64,000 bases of DNA. It comes from Alphaproteobacteria bacterium. GTDB taxonomy: Bacteria > Pseudomonadota > Alphaproteobacteria > Rs-D84 > SZUA-605. This document shows, piece by piece, positions 30,139 through 38,895 of the stretch. Both the position numbers and the translations under genes were made by a program. The stretch is from assembly GCA_031549385.1 (NCBI GenBank), contig JAVBPW010000006.1, forward strand, positions 1 through 64,000, read 5' to 3'. The notes beneath the pieces were generated by a model. The model searched no databases. It was not told the origin of the DNA and saw only the letters and a program-made list of their open reading frames with translations. The stretch's first letter is position 1; each line of letters begins with the position of its first letter.

Positions 30139-30855
30139 ATGGCAGGACATTCAAAGTGGGCCAATATACAACATAGAAAAGGTGCCCAAGATAAAAAAAG
30201 ATCTTCAATGTTTACTAAACTTGCAAAGGAAATTACTATTGCTGCAAAAATAGGTGATCCTAATCCTGATATGAATCCTCGTTTGCGTTTGGCTATTAGC
30301 AATGCAAAAAAACTTTCTATGCCTAATGATAATATTAAAAGAGCTATTGATAAAGCAACAAGCAATGCAGTAGATACTAATTATAATGAAGCAAGATATG
30401 AAGGTTATGGACCTGGAGCAATTGCTGTTATAGTTGAAGCGCTTACTGATAATCCTAATCGTACTGCGCCTGAAGTTAGAGCTACATTTAATAAAAATGG
30501 TGGAAATTTAGGAACTCCTGGTTCTGTTTCTTTTAACTTTGATAAAAAAGGTTTGTTCCTTTATGAAAAAAAAGTTGGCGATGAAGAAAAAGTTTTTGAA
30601 GTAGCATTAGAGGCTGGGGCTGATAATGTTGAAATTGATGAAAATGGATATGCTATTACTTGTGATCCTAATGATTTTGCTAAAGTAATGGAAGCGCTGG
30701 AAAAAGCTTTTGGGGAAGCTCAATCTGCTGAACTTTCTTGGATACCTAAATCAACTGTTGCTGTTGATGAAGAAACACAAGCTAAATTAGACAAATTTAT
30801 TGAAGCTATGGAAGATTTAGACGATGTACAAAACGTTTATACTAATGTTGAATAG
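30139..30855 (+). CDS. yebC: YebC/PmpR family protein
   Basis: MAGHSKWANIQHRKG, YEGYGP, TDNPNRT and DDVQNVYTN motifs. Confidence 0.96.
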   Translation: MAGHSKWANIQHRKGAQDKKRSSMFTKLAKEITIAAKIGDPNPDMNPRLRLAISNAKKLSMPNDNIKRAIDKATSNAVDTNYNEARYEGYGPGAIAVIVEALTDNPNRTAPEVRATFNKNGGNLGTPGSVSFNFDKKGLFLYEKKVGDEEKVFEVALEAGADNVEIDENGYAITCDPNDFAKVMEALEKAFGEAQSAELSWIPKSTVAVDEETQAKLDKFIEAMEDLDDVQNVYTNVE

Positions 30856-30888
30856 AACCTTACGTTCACGATTTATAAAAAAAGGAGG

Positions 30889-31503
30889 CTAAGCCTCCTT
30901 TTTTAATGTGTACAAATCGTACCGGTCAACTTGCCCCGAATAAGGGAAACAAGTTAAATACCTCGGTGTTACCACAATTTCACGATAGGTACATGGAATT
31001 TTATCAAGAGTTAGGAATGATAAAAAACCTATACCCTTTTCGCTTTCTATCATTGAACCTACCAGTTCTTTGATATATTTGCGACCAATTACCATTTCGC
31101 TTTCTCGGCCTTTGTAAAATTTTTCTCCGTCAGGCAATTTATCTTCAATAAATGAAAAAACACCATTCGTTTTTTCAAGCATTGTATAACTGTTTTCATT
31201 TAAGAAAACATAAGGTCCACGAAAAATACGAGATGCTTCTTCAATGTTTGATAACCGGCTGACTTTGTTGCCTTTTATCATTACTATAGCTTCTTTGAGT
31301 GAGTACCAATCATGTAGAATGATTAAGTTTTTTTCTACATGATCTTGCTGATGAAGCTCAATTGTATGATACTCATCAGGAAGTAACTCTCCTTTGATAA
31401 CCGCTGCACAGTTGCTTTTTCCTTGGAACACAAAATTTGTATTGTTTAAGGAAAAATGAATCATCTTGTTAAGCGCTTGGGCTTGTTTTAAATTTGTTTT
31501 CAT
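30889..31503 (-). CDS. Orphan hypothetical protein (SD-less class)
   Basis: 204 aa; leader CAAACTTAAATAATAAACATA-ATG; TTGACT upstream; stop lies inside the hairpin AAAAAAGGAGGC-TTA-GCCTCCTTTTTT. Confidence 0.75.
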   Translation of the reverse strand: MKTNLKQAQALNKMIHFSLNNTNFVFQGKSNCAAVIKGELLPDEYHTIELHQQDHVEKNLIILHDWYSLKEAIVMIKGNKVSRLSNIEEASRIFRGPYVFLNENSYTMLEKTNGVFSFIEDKLPDGEKFYKGRESEMVIGRKYIKELVGSMIESEKGIGFLSFLTLDKIPCTYREIVVTPRYLTCFPYSGQVDRYDLYTLKKEA

Positions 31504-31646
31504 TATGTTTATTATTTAAGTTTGAATATCGCTATTTAACTATTTTAATCCCATTTAGTCAAGTTTTTTTTATTTTTATATTAGAATAAGTTGACAAAAT
31601 TGAATATTGATTGTAAAGTACTCCCATAAACTTAAAAAATAGAAAT

Positions 31647-31823
31647 ATGAGTTTACATAGTGAGCAATTCGAAATGTATGAAAATTTCAAGAACGGGATT
31701 TTACCCGCTGAGGAATTTTACGATTATGTTGAAAAACATGGTCTTGTAAAGCAACTTCAAGCTCAATTAATTAGTGATTTTTGGGATATTTGGTCTGAAA
31801 AAACAAAAAAATATGATGATTGA
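31647..31823 (+). CDS. 58-aa orphan (SD-less class), single-domain paralog of 31940..32335; not in the ORF track
   Basis: MSLHSEQFEMYENFKNGILPAEEFYDYVEKHGL...; TTGACA(31591)-N17-TAAAGT; AAACTTAAA at 31628; terminator GAGTGG..CCACTC. Confidence 0.75.
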   Translation: MSLHSEQFEMYENFKNGILPAEEFYDYVEKHGLVKQLQAQLISDFWDIWSEKTKKYDD

Positions 31824-31939
31824 GTTGCTTTGATAGCTAAATTGAGTGGTTAAAGCCCACTCTTTTTATTTTTTGTTGACAAAAATAATTTTGAGGATTA
31901 TATTTTGAATAAATTCATTAATATTAAACTTAAAAAAAT

Positions 31940-32335
31940 ATGAATACTAAAAGAAATGCAAATGAAGAGCTTGAAATTCTTCAAGACTTTATAGATGGGA
32001 TCATGGATCCCGACGAACTTTATCAGTATATTATGCTGAACGGATTACATGTGTCTGTGCAATGGAGGGCTTTTGCGGAACTTTGCGTTCAAAAATTTAA
32101 AAGCAACCCGAAAGACTTTGAAAATATAAATTTCGATGATGCAGAAATTATTGCAAAAACTCTCGACGAAGAGCGAGATTTTTACAATGGTTTTGCTAAA
32201 GGTACAGTTAACCCGGAGGATTTGAAAACTTATATATTAAAAATTGGGTTAGATCCGGAGGTGATTGTGGAACTTATTGCTGACCTCGAGGATCTTTTAT
32301 ATCCGGTCAAAATCCGAGAAGAGGATGACGAGTAA
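31940..32335 (+). CDS. Orphan with an internal duplication (SD-less class)
   Basis: TTGACA(31876)-N17-TATATT; AAACTTAAA at 31926; two copies of F-x-x-G-x-x-x-P-(D/E)-(E/D)-L-x-x-Y-I-x-x-x-G-L. Confidence 0.8.
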   Translation: MNTKRNANEELEILQDFIDGIMDPDELYQYIMLNGLHVSVQWRAFAELCVQKFKSNPKDFENINFDDAEIIAKTLDEERDFYNGFAKGTVNPEDLKTYILKIGLDPEVIVELIADLEDLLYPVKIREEDDE

Positions 32336-32467
32336 GGCAAATTTGTGAAAAGGGTGAGAGTGGCTTGATAGGCCACTCTTTTTTTTATTTTCTTAAAGAT
32401 TGACAAATAGGATTATAAGCAGTAAATTTAAATGGTTATTTTATAATCAAACTTAAATAAATCCCTT

Positions 32468-33007
32468 ATGAATCAAGAAAAAATTAATCCACTAGCTGGA
32501 TGGAAAGCAACATTAGACAGTGCAGAAATAAATTTGCAAGAATCATTGCAGATTTTTGTTCAAGAAACAAATGATAGACTACCTCATTTGGTTGAAGAGT
32601 CTTTCTTTCGATTGAGTTACTTAACCGGTAACTTCAATCTGGTTGAACAATACTGTACATACGGTAAATTAGTCAGTAAAGACATTCACAAGCGAATGAA
32701 GCTTGAGCAGATTAAATACCTGCTTAAAGAAATGTTTAGACCGGAAGACGAATTATACCTTCACTATGGCGAAGGGTTCGGAGATGGTTTGGAAGAACTT
32801 GCTGAGGAAATGAGTGAATTTTATTCTGAAGAATTTCAGGAATTTTTCCTTAAAGCATGTTGTTCTACTGAAAGGCGGGAAGCTATTACTACATTTTGTA
32901 GTAAGCTGTTTTTAAATGAAGCCTCTGTGATGCAGGAAATTAACCTGTATTACATCCGTAGAGAAAAAATGCAGATGGCTCTTTTTGGGCATACTGTGCA
33001 GAATTAA
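32468..33007 (+). CDS. Orphan hypothetical protein (SD-less class)
   Basis: TTGACA(32400)-N17-TAAATT; AAACTTAAA at 32449; terminator ATAAGCGGC..GCCGCTTAT at 33025-33050. Confidence 0.8.
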   Translation: MNQEKINPLAGWKATLDSAEINLQESLQIFVQETNDRLPHLVEESFFRLSYLTGNFNLVEQYCTYGKLVSKDIHKRMKLEQIKYLLKEMFRPEDELYLHYGEGFGDGLEELAEEMSEFYSEEFQEFFLKACCSTERREAITTFCSKLFLNEASVMQEINLYYIRREKMQMALFGHTVQN

Positions 33008-33071
33008 TGTTGTTGGAAATTTTTATAAGCGGCTTTCAGGGGCCGCTTATTTTTTTATTTATAATATTATT

Positions 33072-33098
33072 GAGATTGCTTCGTTCCTCGCAATGACA
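33072..33098. repeat. Palindromic-element (RPE/REP-like) fragment, intergenic copy
   Basis: GAGATTGCTTCGTTCCTCGCAATGACA. Confidence 0.7.
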
Positions 33099-33102
33099 AT
33101 AA

Positions 33103-34920
33103 TTATTTATTTTTTCCTAACATTTTCTTTCTTAATGTATAGTCTAATTCTTTCTTACGTATTCTTATAACTTTTGGTGTTACTTCTACTAACTCATCAT
33201 CTTTGATATAAGATAACGCTTCTTCCAATGATATTCTTCTTGGAGGAGCTAATTGAATCTTTTCATCACTTCCTGATGCTCTTACATTTGTTAGCTGTTT
33301 TCCTTTGATTGGATTTACTTCTAAATCTGTGTCTTTTGAATTTTCACCAATTATCATTCCACTGTAAACGTCTACACCTGGCTCAATAAACAATGTTCCA
33401 CGAGGTTGAATATTAAATAATGCGTATGCTACTGATTGGCCATTTTCCATAGAAACTAGCACTCCATTACGGTAGCTTTCTATTTCACCTTTGTATTCTT
33501 TATATGAATCAAAAATACGATTCATTATTCCTGTACCACGAGTATCAGTTCTGAATTCTGAAAGATAGCCTATTAATCCACGAGATGGAGCAATAAATGT
33601 TAATCTTGTTTTGCCTATACCTGATGATTTCATTTCTGTCATATCAGCTTTTCTTTTATTCATTTTTTCAACAACTATGCCTGAGAACTCTTCGTCTACA
33701 TCAATAGTTACTTCTTCGTATGGTTCTAATTTCTTTCCATCTTCTTCTTTTAACAATACTCTTGGACGTGATACTGATAATTCAAATCCATCACGACGCA
33801 TTGTTTCAATTAAAATTCCTAATTGTAATTCTCCACGCCCTGCTACTTCAAATGCATCATTGTTTGCTGATTGTGTAACTTTTAGAGCTATATTTGTTTC
33901 TGCTTCTTTGTTTAATCTGTCACCTATCATTCTTGATGTTAGCTTTGTGCCACCTGAACGGCCTGCAAGTGGTGAAGTATTAACAGAAAAAGTCATTGCC
34001 AATGTTGGAGGATCAATTGGTAATGACTCTAATGGCTGAGTTACTTCCAATGCACATAGCGTATCTGCCACTGTTGCTTTAGAAAACCCAGCGATTATTA
34101 CTATATCCCCAGCGGTTGCTTGTTCAACAGGTACTCTTTGAATACCTTGAAAGGTTATAATTTTTGTTATTTTACCTTGTTCTATTATTTTTCCGTCTTT
34201 ATCTAATGCTTTTACTGGTTGGTTCATCTTTACTATACCAGTTTGTACTTTACCTGTTAGAATACGGCCTACAAATGGGTCAGCTTCTAATGTAGTTGCT
34301 AACATTGAAAATGGTAATGATGTGTCCGCTTTTGGAGCTGGTACATGGTCTACTATTGTTTCAAATAATGGAGTTAGGTCTTTTCTTTCGTCTTTGTCTA
34401 AGTCCTTTACTGCCCATCCGTCACGGCCTACTGCAAATAGTGTTGGAAAGTCTAATTGTTTTGATGTTGCGCCTAATTTATCAAATAAATCGAATACTTC
34501 ACTGTGTACTTCGTCTGCTCTTGCGTCTTGACGGTCTACCTTATTTATAATTACTATTGGGTGTAAGCCTAGCTTTAGAGCCTTTGATAATACGAACTTT
34601 GTTTGTGGAAGTGGACCTTCTGATGAGTCTACTAATAATACTACACCGTCTACCATAGATAATATACGTTCTACTTCACCACCGAAGTCTGCGTGCCCTG
34701 GAGTGTCTATGATATTTATCTTATAGTCATTCCATATAACTGATGTTGGTTTAGCACTTATTGTAATACCACGTTCTTTTTCTATATCTCCGCTGTCCAT
34801 TACGCGTTCTGCTACCTTTTCATTTTCACGAAAAGTGCCTGATTGTTTTAACATTGAGTCTACCAAGGTTGTTTTACCGTGGTCTACGTGGGCAATAATT
34901 GCTATATTTCTGATTTCCAT
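33103..34920 (-). CDS. typA: Translational GTPase TypA/BipA
   Basis: IAHVDHGKTT, ERGITI, DTPGHADFGGEVER, GRGELQL and LTNVRASG motifs. Confidence 0.98.
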   Translation of the reverse strand: MEIRNIAIIAHVDHGKTTLVDSMLKQSGTFRENEKVAERVMDSGDIEKERGITISAKPTSVIWNDYKINIIDTPGHADFGGEVERILSMVDGVVLLVDSSEGPLPQTKFVLSKALKLGLHPIVIINKVDRQDARADEVHSEVFDLFDKLGATSKQLDFPTLFAVGRDGWAVKDLDKDERKDLTPLFETIVDHVPAPKADTSLPFSMLATTLEADPFVGRILTGKVQTGIVKMNQPVKALDKDGKIIEQGKITKIITFQGIQRVPVEQATAGDIVIIAGFSKATVADTLCALEVTQPLESLPIDPPTLAMTFSVNTSPLAGRSGGTKLTSRMIGDRLNKEAETNIALKVTQSANNDAFEVAGRGELQLGILIETMRRDGFELSVSRPRVLLKEEDGKKLEPYEEVTIDVDEEFSGIVVEKMNKRKADMTEMKSSGIGKTRLTFIAPSRGLIGYLSEFRTDTRGTGIMNRIFDSYKEYKGEIESYRNGVLVSMENGQSVAYALFNIQPRGTLFIEPGVDVYSGMIIGENSKDTDLEVNPIKGKQLTNVRASGSDEKIQLAPPRRISLEEALSYIKDDELVEVTPKVIRIRKKELDYTLRKKMLGKNK

Positions 34921-35013
34921 TTGAGTACCTTAAATTTTTTAGTCTGGGGTCGAGGATATACCATTTTTTTTGAAGACACAAGGAAAAAATGCAGCTTTTT
35001 TAGCTGCACTTCT

Positions 35014-36588
35014 TTAATTACCTAATCCGGCCTTTATAAATTCCTTAAATAAAGGGTGAGATGTGAATGGAGATGATTGGTATTCTGGGAGAAATTGTAC
35101 TCCTATAAAAAATGGATGGTCTTCTATTTCTAATATTTCTGGAAGGTGATTTTCAGCTGCTCTTGCTGAGATTGTCATTCCACACTTCTTTAGAGTGTCT
35201 TCAAACATATCGTCCAATTCATAAGCATTTCTGTGGCGTTCAAGAACACTGTCTTGTCCATATACTTTGTGAGCCAAAGTATCTGGCTTGATTTGACATG
35301 TGAAATTGCCTAAACGTAGTTTTCTTGAATCGTAGGCATATACTACCGCTGTACAGTTTGCTTCAAATTCTGCAGAATGAGCGTCTGAAATACCTGCTAC
35401 ATTCTTTGCAAATTCTACGGCTGCTAATTGAAAGCCTAAACCAATACCAAAATATGGGATTTTGTTTTCACGAGCGTATTTAATTGCTCTTATCTTTCCT
35501 GGAATACCGCGAGAACCAAAGCCACCTGGAACTAATATTCCTTTTACATCTTTAAATAGTTTTTCTATTTCTTCGTCTGATATATTTTCTAAACTTTCTG
35601 ATGGGATTTGTTTTACATTTACTTTTACATTATTTGCTATACCTGCATGGAAAATAGCTTCGTTTAATGACTTGTATGAATCTGGAGTTTCAAAATATTT
35701 TCCTACCATTGCTATTGTGGTTTCTTTTTTGTCTGATGAAAGATAGTTTGCTATTCTTTCCAATTTTGATAAATCAACTGGCTGTTTTGGTTCAACTGTA
35801 AAATGTTCCAATATTCTTTCACATACGTGTTGTTCTTCATAAGCTAATGGGATTTTATAAATATTGTCTAAATCAAGAGCTGTAATTACTGACTGTGGTG
35901 CTAGGTTACAAAATAGAGCTAATTTTTCACGATCATCTTTTGATAATGCAACTGATGAACGACATAGTAATAAATCAGCTTGAATTCCTTTTTCTAATAA
36001 TGCTTTTACTGATGCTTGAGTTGGTTTTGTTTTGAGCTCTTTGGCTGAATTTATATATGGTACTAATGTCAAATGCACAAACATTGAATTTCGACGTCCA
36101 ACTTCATTTGCAAATTGACGAATTGCTTCCAAGAATATTAGGCCTTCTATGTCGCCTACAGTACCGCCTATTTCATATATAGCAAAATCTTCTTTTTGAC
36201 CGCGTTTCTTGATATGTTCTTTTATTTGATTGGTAATATGAGGAATCATTTGAACTGTGGCACCTTTATAATCACCTGCTCTTTCTTTATTCAAAACTTC
36301 CCAATAAATACGACCGCCTGATACAGAATCGTCTTTACTTAATTTAATGCCTAAAAATCTTTCGTAATAACCTAAATCTAAATCAGTTTCATAACCGTCA
36401 TGAGTCACAAAAACTTCACCATGTTGAAGAGGTGACATTTGCGATGGGTCTATATTTAAATATGGATCGAATTTTCCTACACGAACTGTGAATCCACGAG
36501 CTTGTAATAATGAACCTAATGATGCTGCAGCAACACCTTTACCTAGCGATGAAACTACACCGCCTGTTACAAAAATATATTTTGTCAT
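35014..36588 (-). CDS. pyrG: CTP synthase with a degenerate glutaminase active site
   Basis: TGGVVSSLGKG, DPYLNID and KTKPTQ intact; GIGLGFQ in place of GICLGMQ and QFLPE in place of QFHPE. Confidence 0.95.
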   Translation of the reverse strand: MTKYIFVTGGVVSSLGKGVAAASLGSLLQARGFTVRVGKFDPYLNIDPSQMSPLQHGEVFVTHDGYETDLDLGYYERFLGIKLSKDDSVSGGRIYWEVLNKERAGDYKGATVQMIPHITNQIKEHIKKRGQKEDFAIYEIGGTVGDIEGLIFLEAIRQFANEVGRRNSMFVHLTLVPYINSAKELKTKPTQASVKALLEKGIQADLLLCRSSVALSKDDREKLALFCNLAPQSVITALDLDNIYKIPLAYEEQHVCERILEHFTVEPKQPVDLSKLERIANYLSSDKKETTIAMVGKYFETPDSYKSLNEAIFHAGIANNVKVNVKQIPSESLENISDEEIEKLFKDVKGILVPGGFGSRGIPGKIRAIKYARENKIPYFGIGLGFQLAAVEFAKNVAGISDAHSAEFEANCTAVVYAYDSRKLRLGNFTCQIKPDTLAHKVYGQDSVLERHRNAYELDDMFEDTLKKCGMTISARAAENHLPEILEIEDHPFFIGVQFLPEYQSSPFTSHPLFKEFIKAGLGN

Positions 36589-36707
36589 TTCCTTCCCTTT
36601 AAAACTTTCTATTTTTTATACATACAAATATAATAGTTTATTTTCCTATGTCAATTTTGAATTTATATTTTGGAAATAAAAAAATCTTGCTGAATGCAAG
36701 AAATTTG

Positions 36708-36752
36708 TGGTAGCGGGAGAGGGATTTGAACCCACGACCCACGGATTATGAT
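36708..36752 (-). pseudogene. 3' half of the disrupted host tRNA-Met(CAT)
   Basis: ATCATAATCCGTGGGTCGTGGGTTCAAATCCCTCTCCCGCTACCA followed by terminator TCTTGC-ATTCA-GCAAGA-TTTTTTT. Confidence 0.9.
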
Positions 36753-36996
36753 ACCCCAGCGCACGAGGAAAAATACCTTTGACCCTGGCGGTTTTCTGCG
36801 GCTTTCGCAAACCTTTGTATCGGCTGGTGTCTACACGGTGTAAAACCATCCACCACCGCCCGCCTGTGTTAAACAGCCTTGTTTTGCCGTGCGGCGAAAG
36901 CGAAATATTTTAGCAAAACCTAAAAATAAGTGGCATTTTTGAATGTTTGAGGGTATAGTTACATTAACATAAAAAAGCAACTTATAAGGAAATACA

Positions 36997-37626
36997 ATGT
37001 CATATAAAGTTATTGCGGCGCTTGGCGACAGTATCACAAACGGTTATTGGGACGAAACCTTTCAGGGATGGTTTGGGCGATTGGCACAAAAAATTTCTGC
37101 CACATATCCTCAGTCCTTTGGATTCCACAACTTATCTCAAGATGGCGATAGAATCTGCGATTTTTTTCACCGTTTTGCAGCCGAAGGTTGTTCGCGTGAA
37201 ATTGATATCTTAATCGTAACTGCAAGTGGAAATGATCTGGTGCGCAGTCCAACTCCAGATAGCCCGCAAGACTTATCAGAGCATTTACGTAACGAGTATT
37301 GGCATAAACTACTAGACTTGGCGCAAAAAAATATTCCAAACATCATTGTAATGGACGCGTTGCCACGTCATAAAGACGATACTGTTGCATACGGTTGGTT
37401 TGATGCACCTATGTTTGAACCAAACTCAGACCGTATAGAATATAATAATCAGGTGGCAAAAATTTGTGCAGACCGGAAAATCCCCTTTGTCCGTCGGTAC
37501 GACAAATGGTTGACGCGCGATTTATCAAAACTCTATGTAGATACTGCCCATCCAAATGGCGAGGGACATCAATTTATAGCTGATGGAGTATATGAAGAAT
37601 TGAAAAAGTTGGGAGTATTGAAATGA
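36997..37626 (+). CDS. SGNH/GDSL hydrolase
   Basis: ALGDSIT (block I), GNDL (block III), DTAHPN (block V). Confidence 0.9.
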   Translation: MSYKVIAALGDSITNGYWDETFQGWFGRLAQKISATYPQSFGFHNLSQDGDRICDFFHRFAAEGCSREIDILIVTASGNDLVRSPTPDSPQDLSEHLRNEYWHKLLDLAQKNIPNIIVMDALPRHKDDTVAYGWFDAPMFEPNSDRIEYNNQVAKICADRKIPFVRRYDKWLTRDLSKLYVDTAHPNGEGHQFIADGVYEELKKLGVLK

Positions 37627-38378
37627 AGAACTATTTTGAAAACAAAGTTGCTTTAATAACAGGTTCAACAAGCGGTATTGGCCTGGAAATTGCAAAGCAT
37701 TTGTTGGCGGGTGGAGCAAAGGTTATTTTAAATTACAATTCCAATACTAACCAAGCACAAAAAGCCATTAAAGAATTAGCAGAATATAATAAAAGCTTAA
37801 TAGCAATAAAAGCGGATATTTCAAATGAATCCGAAATTATCGATATGTTTAAACAAATAAAATCACAATATGGGAAATTGGATTTTTTAGTAAATAACGC
37901 CGGAACAAATACAGATTCTTTAATAGAAAATTTTGATACAACCGACTTTCAGCAAGTTATAAATGTAAATTTAATTGGAAAGTTTTTATGCACAAAACAT
38001 GCAATTCCGATGTTGAAAAATAATCAAAATGCTGCGATTGTAAATGTATCATCAAACTTAGGCGTTCGGCCATGCGCAGAATCTAGTGCATATAATGCCG
38101 CTGCTGCTGGAGTTATAAATTTGACACAATCCACAGCATTGGAATTGGCTGGGATGGGTATTCGAGTTAATACGGTCAGTCCAGGATTTACACCAACACC
38201 CTTATCCTTATCCGGATGGACGACGGAAGAAATAGAGCAGAAAAAGAAAACAAACCCTATGAGACGAAATGCTACTGTAACAGACATTGCCAATACAGTC
38301 ATATTCTTACTATCTGATAAGGCAGGATTCATAAATGGGCAAAACATTTTAGTTAATGGTGGTTCAGTTATGAAATAA
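37623..38378 (+). CDS. SDR family oxidoreductase (FabG-like)
   Basis: TGSTSGIG, NNAG, IRVNTVSPG; YNAAA at the YxxxK position; ATGA overlap with the upstream gene. Confidence 0.9.
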   Translation: MKNYFENKVALITGSTSGIGLEIAKHLLAGGAKVILNYNSNTNQAQKAIKELAEYNKSLIAIKADISNESEIIDMFKQIKSQYGKLDFLVNNAGTNTDSLIENFDTTDFQQVINVNLIGKFLCTKHAIPMLKNNQNAAIVNVSSNLGVRPCAESSAYNAAAAGVINLTQSTALELAGMGIRVNTVSPGFTPTPLSLSGWTTEEIEQKKKTNPMRRNATVTDIANTVIFLLSDKAGFINGQNILVNGGSVMK

Positions 38379-38433
38379 CCTATCTTTTACTTTCTACAAA
38401 AGAAAGTAAAGGTTCGCCCGAACAGAAAATTTA

Positions 38434-38468
38434 AAAGGCTTTCAGATTCCTCTGAAAGCCTTTGTTTT
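38434..38468 (-). terminator. Terminator of the replacement tRNA
   Basis: AAAGGCTTTCAGA-GGAA-TCTGAAAGCCTTT. Confidence 0.8.
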
Positions 38469-38470
38469 GT

Positions 38471-38547
38471 TGGTAGCGGAGGAGGGATTTGAACCCCCGA
38501 CATACGGATTATGATTCCGCCACTCTAACCAACTGAGTTACTCCGCC
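38471..38547 (-). tRNA. tRNA-Met(CAT), elongator type, intact and element-borne
   Basis: GGCGGAGTAACTCAGTTGGTTAGAGTGGCGGAATCATAATCCGTATGTCGGGGGTTCAAATCCCTCCTCCGCTACCA; full cloverleaf, paired 1:72, encoded CCA. Confidence 0.95.
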
Positions 38548-38722
38548 AAAACTTTTACACACTCTAACACATTCTTTTTCGCCGTGTCCAGACCAATGTC
38601 TTTGATATGTCCGAACTGACTCCATAAATGCGTTTTTACTCTACCTATCCTCTTTCCGCCCATTCCCACTCAAACCGCCATATTGTGGCTTAAACGGGCT
38701 TAAACTGTCTTGCGGCGAAGGA

Positions 38723-38761
38723 ATTATGATTCCGTTGCTCTAACCCCTGAGCTATCCCGCC
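38723..38761 (-). pseudogene. 5' half of the disrupted host tRNA-Met(CAT)
   Basis: GGCGGGATAGCTCAGGGGTTAGAGCAACGGAATCATAAT; its acceptor strand GGCGGGA pairs with TCCCGCT of the 36708 fragment. Confidence 0.9.
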
Positions 38762-38780
38762 ATTGAATATAACTTGCATA

Positions 38781-38808
38781 AGTATATGTAATTTAATCCG
38801 AAAATCAA
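38781..38808 (-). promoter_or_regulatory. Host tRNA promoter
   Basis: TTGATT-N16-TATACT about 20 nt upstream of the 5' tRNA half. Confidence 0.65.
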
Positions 38809-38895
38809 GTGTTTTTTCTTGACTTTTTTAAAGATTTTTTGTATAATGCTTTTTATCGTTGGGTGGACTTGGTCTGCCTTTTTTTGTAGGAGTTC

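Larger units (their letters stand above)
36745..38730. mobile_element. ~2 kb non-autonomous element inserted in the tRNA-Met anticodon loop
   Basis: 8-bp direct repeat ATTATGAT at 36745-36752 and 38723-38730; GC-richer ends; cargo is an SGNH hydrolase, an SDR and an intact tRNA-Met; no integrase. Confidence 0.85.

Noticed and set aside
36708-36752. Ordinary attR duplicate of the intact tRNA at 38471
   Set aside because: Its acceptor strand pairs with the orphan 5' half at 38723-38761, not with the intact gene.
38538-38665. Short minus-strand frame MGGKRIGRVKTHLWSQFGHIKDIGLDTAKKNVLECVKVLAE ending inside the replacement tRNA
   Set aside because: About 41 codons, no recognisable motif, overlaps the tRNA; at most a remnant of donor DNA.
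36745-38730. Group I intron in the tRNA-Met anticodon loop
   Set aside because: No splice position gives a terminal G; an 8-bp duplication flanks the insert; it contains an internal tRNA, a terminator and antisense ORFs.
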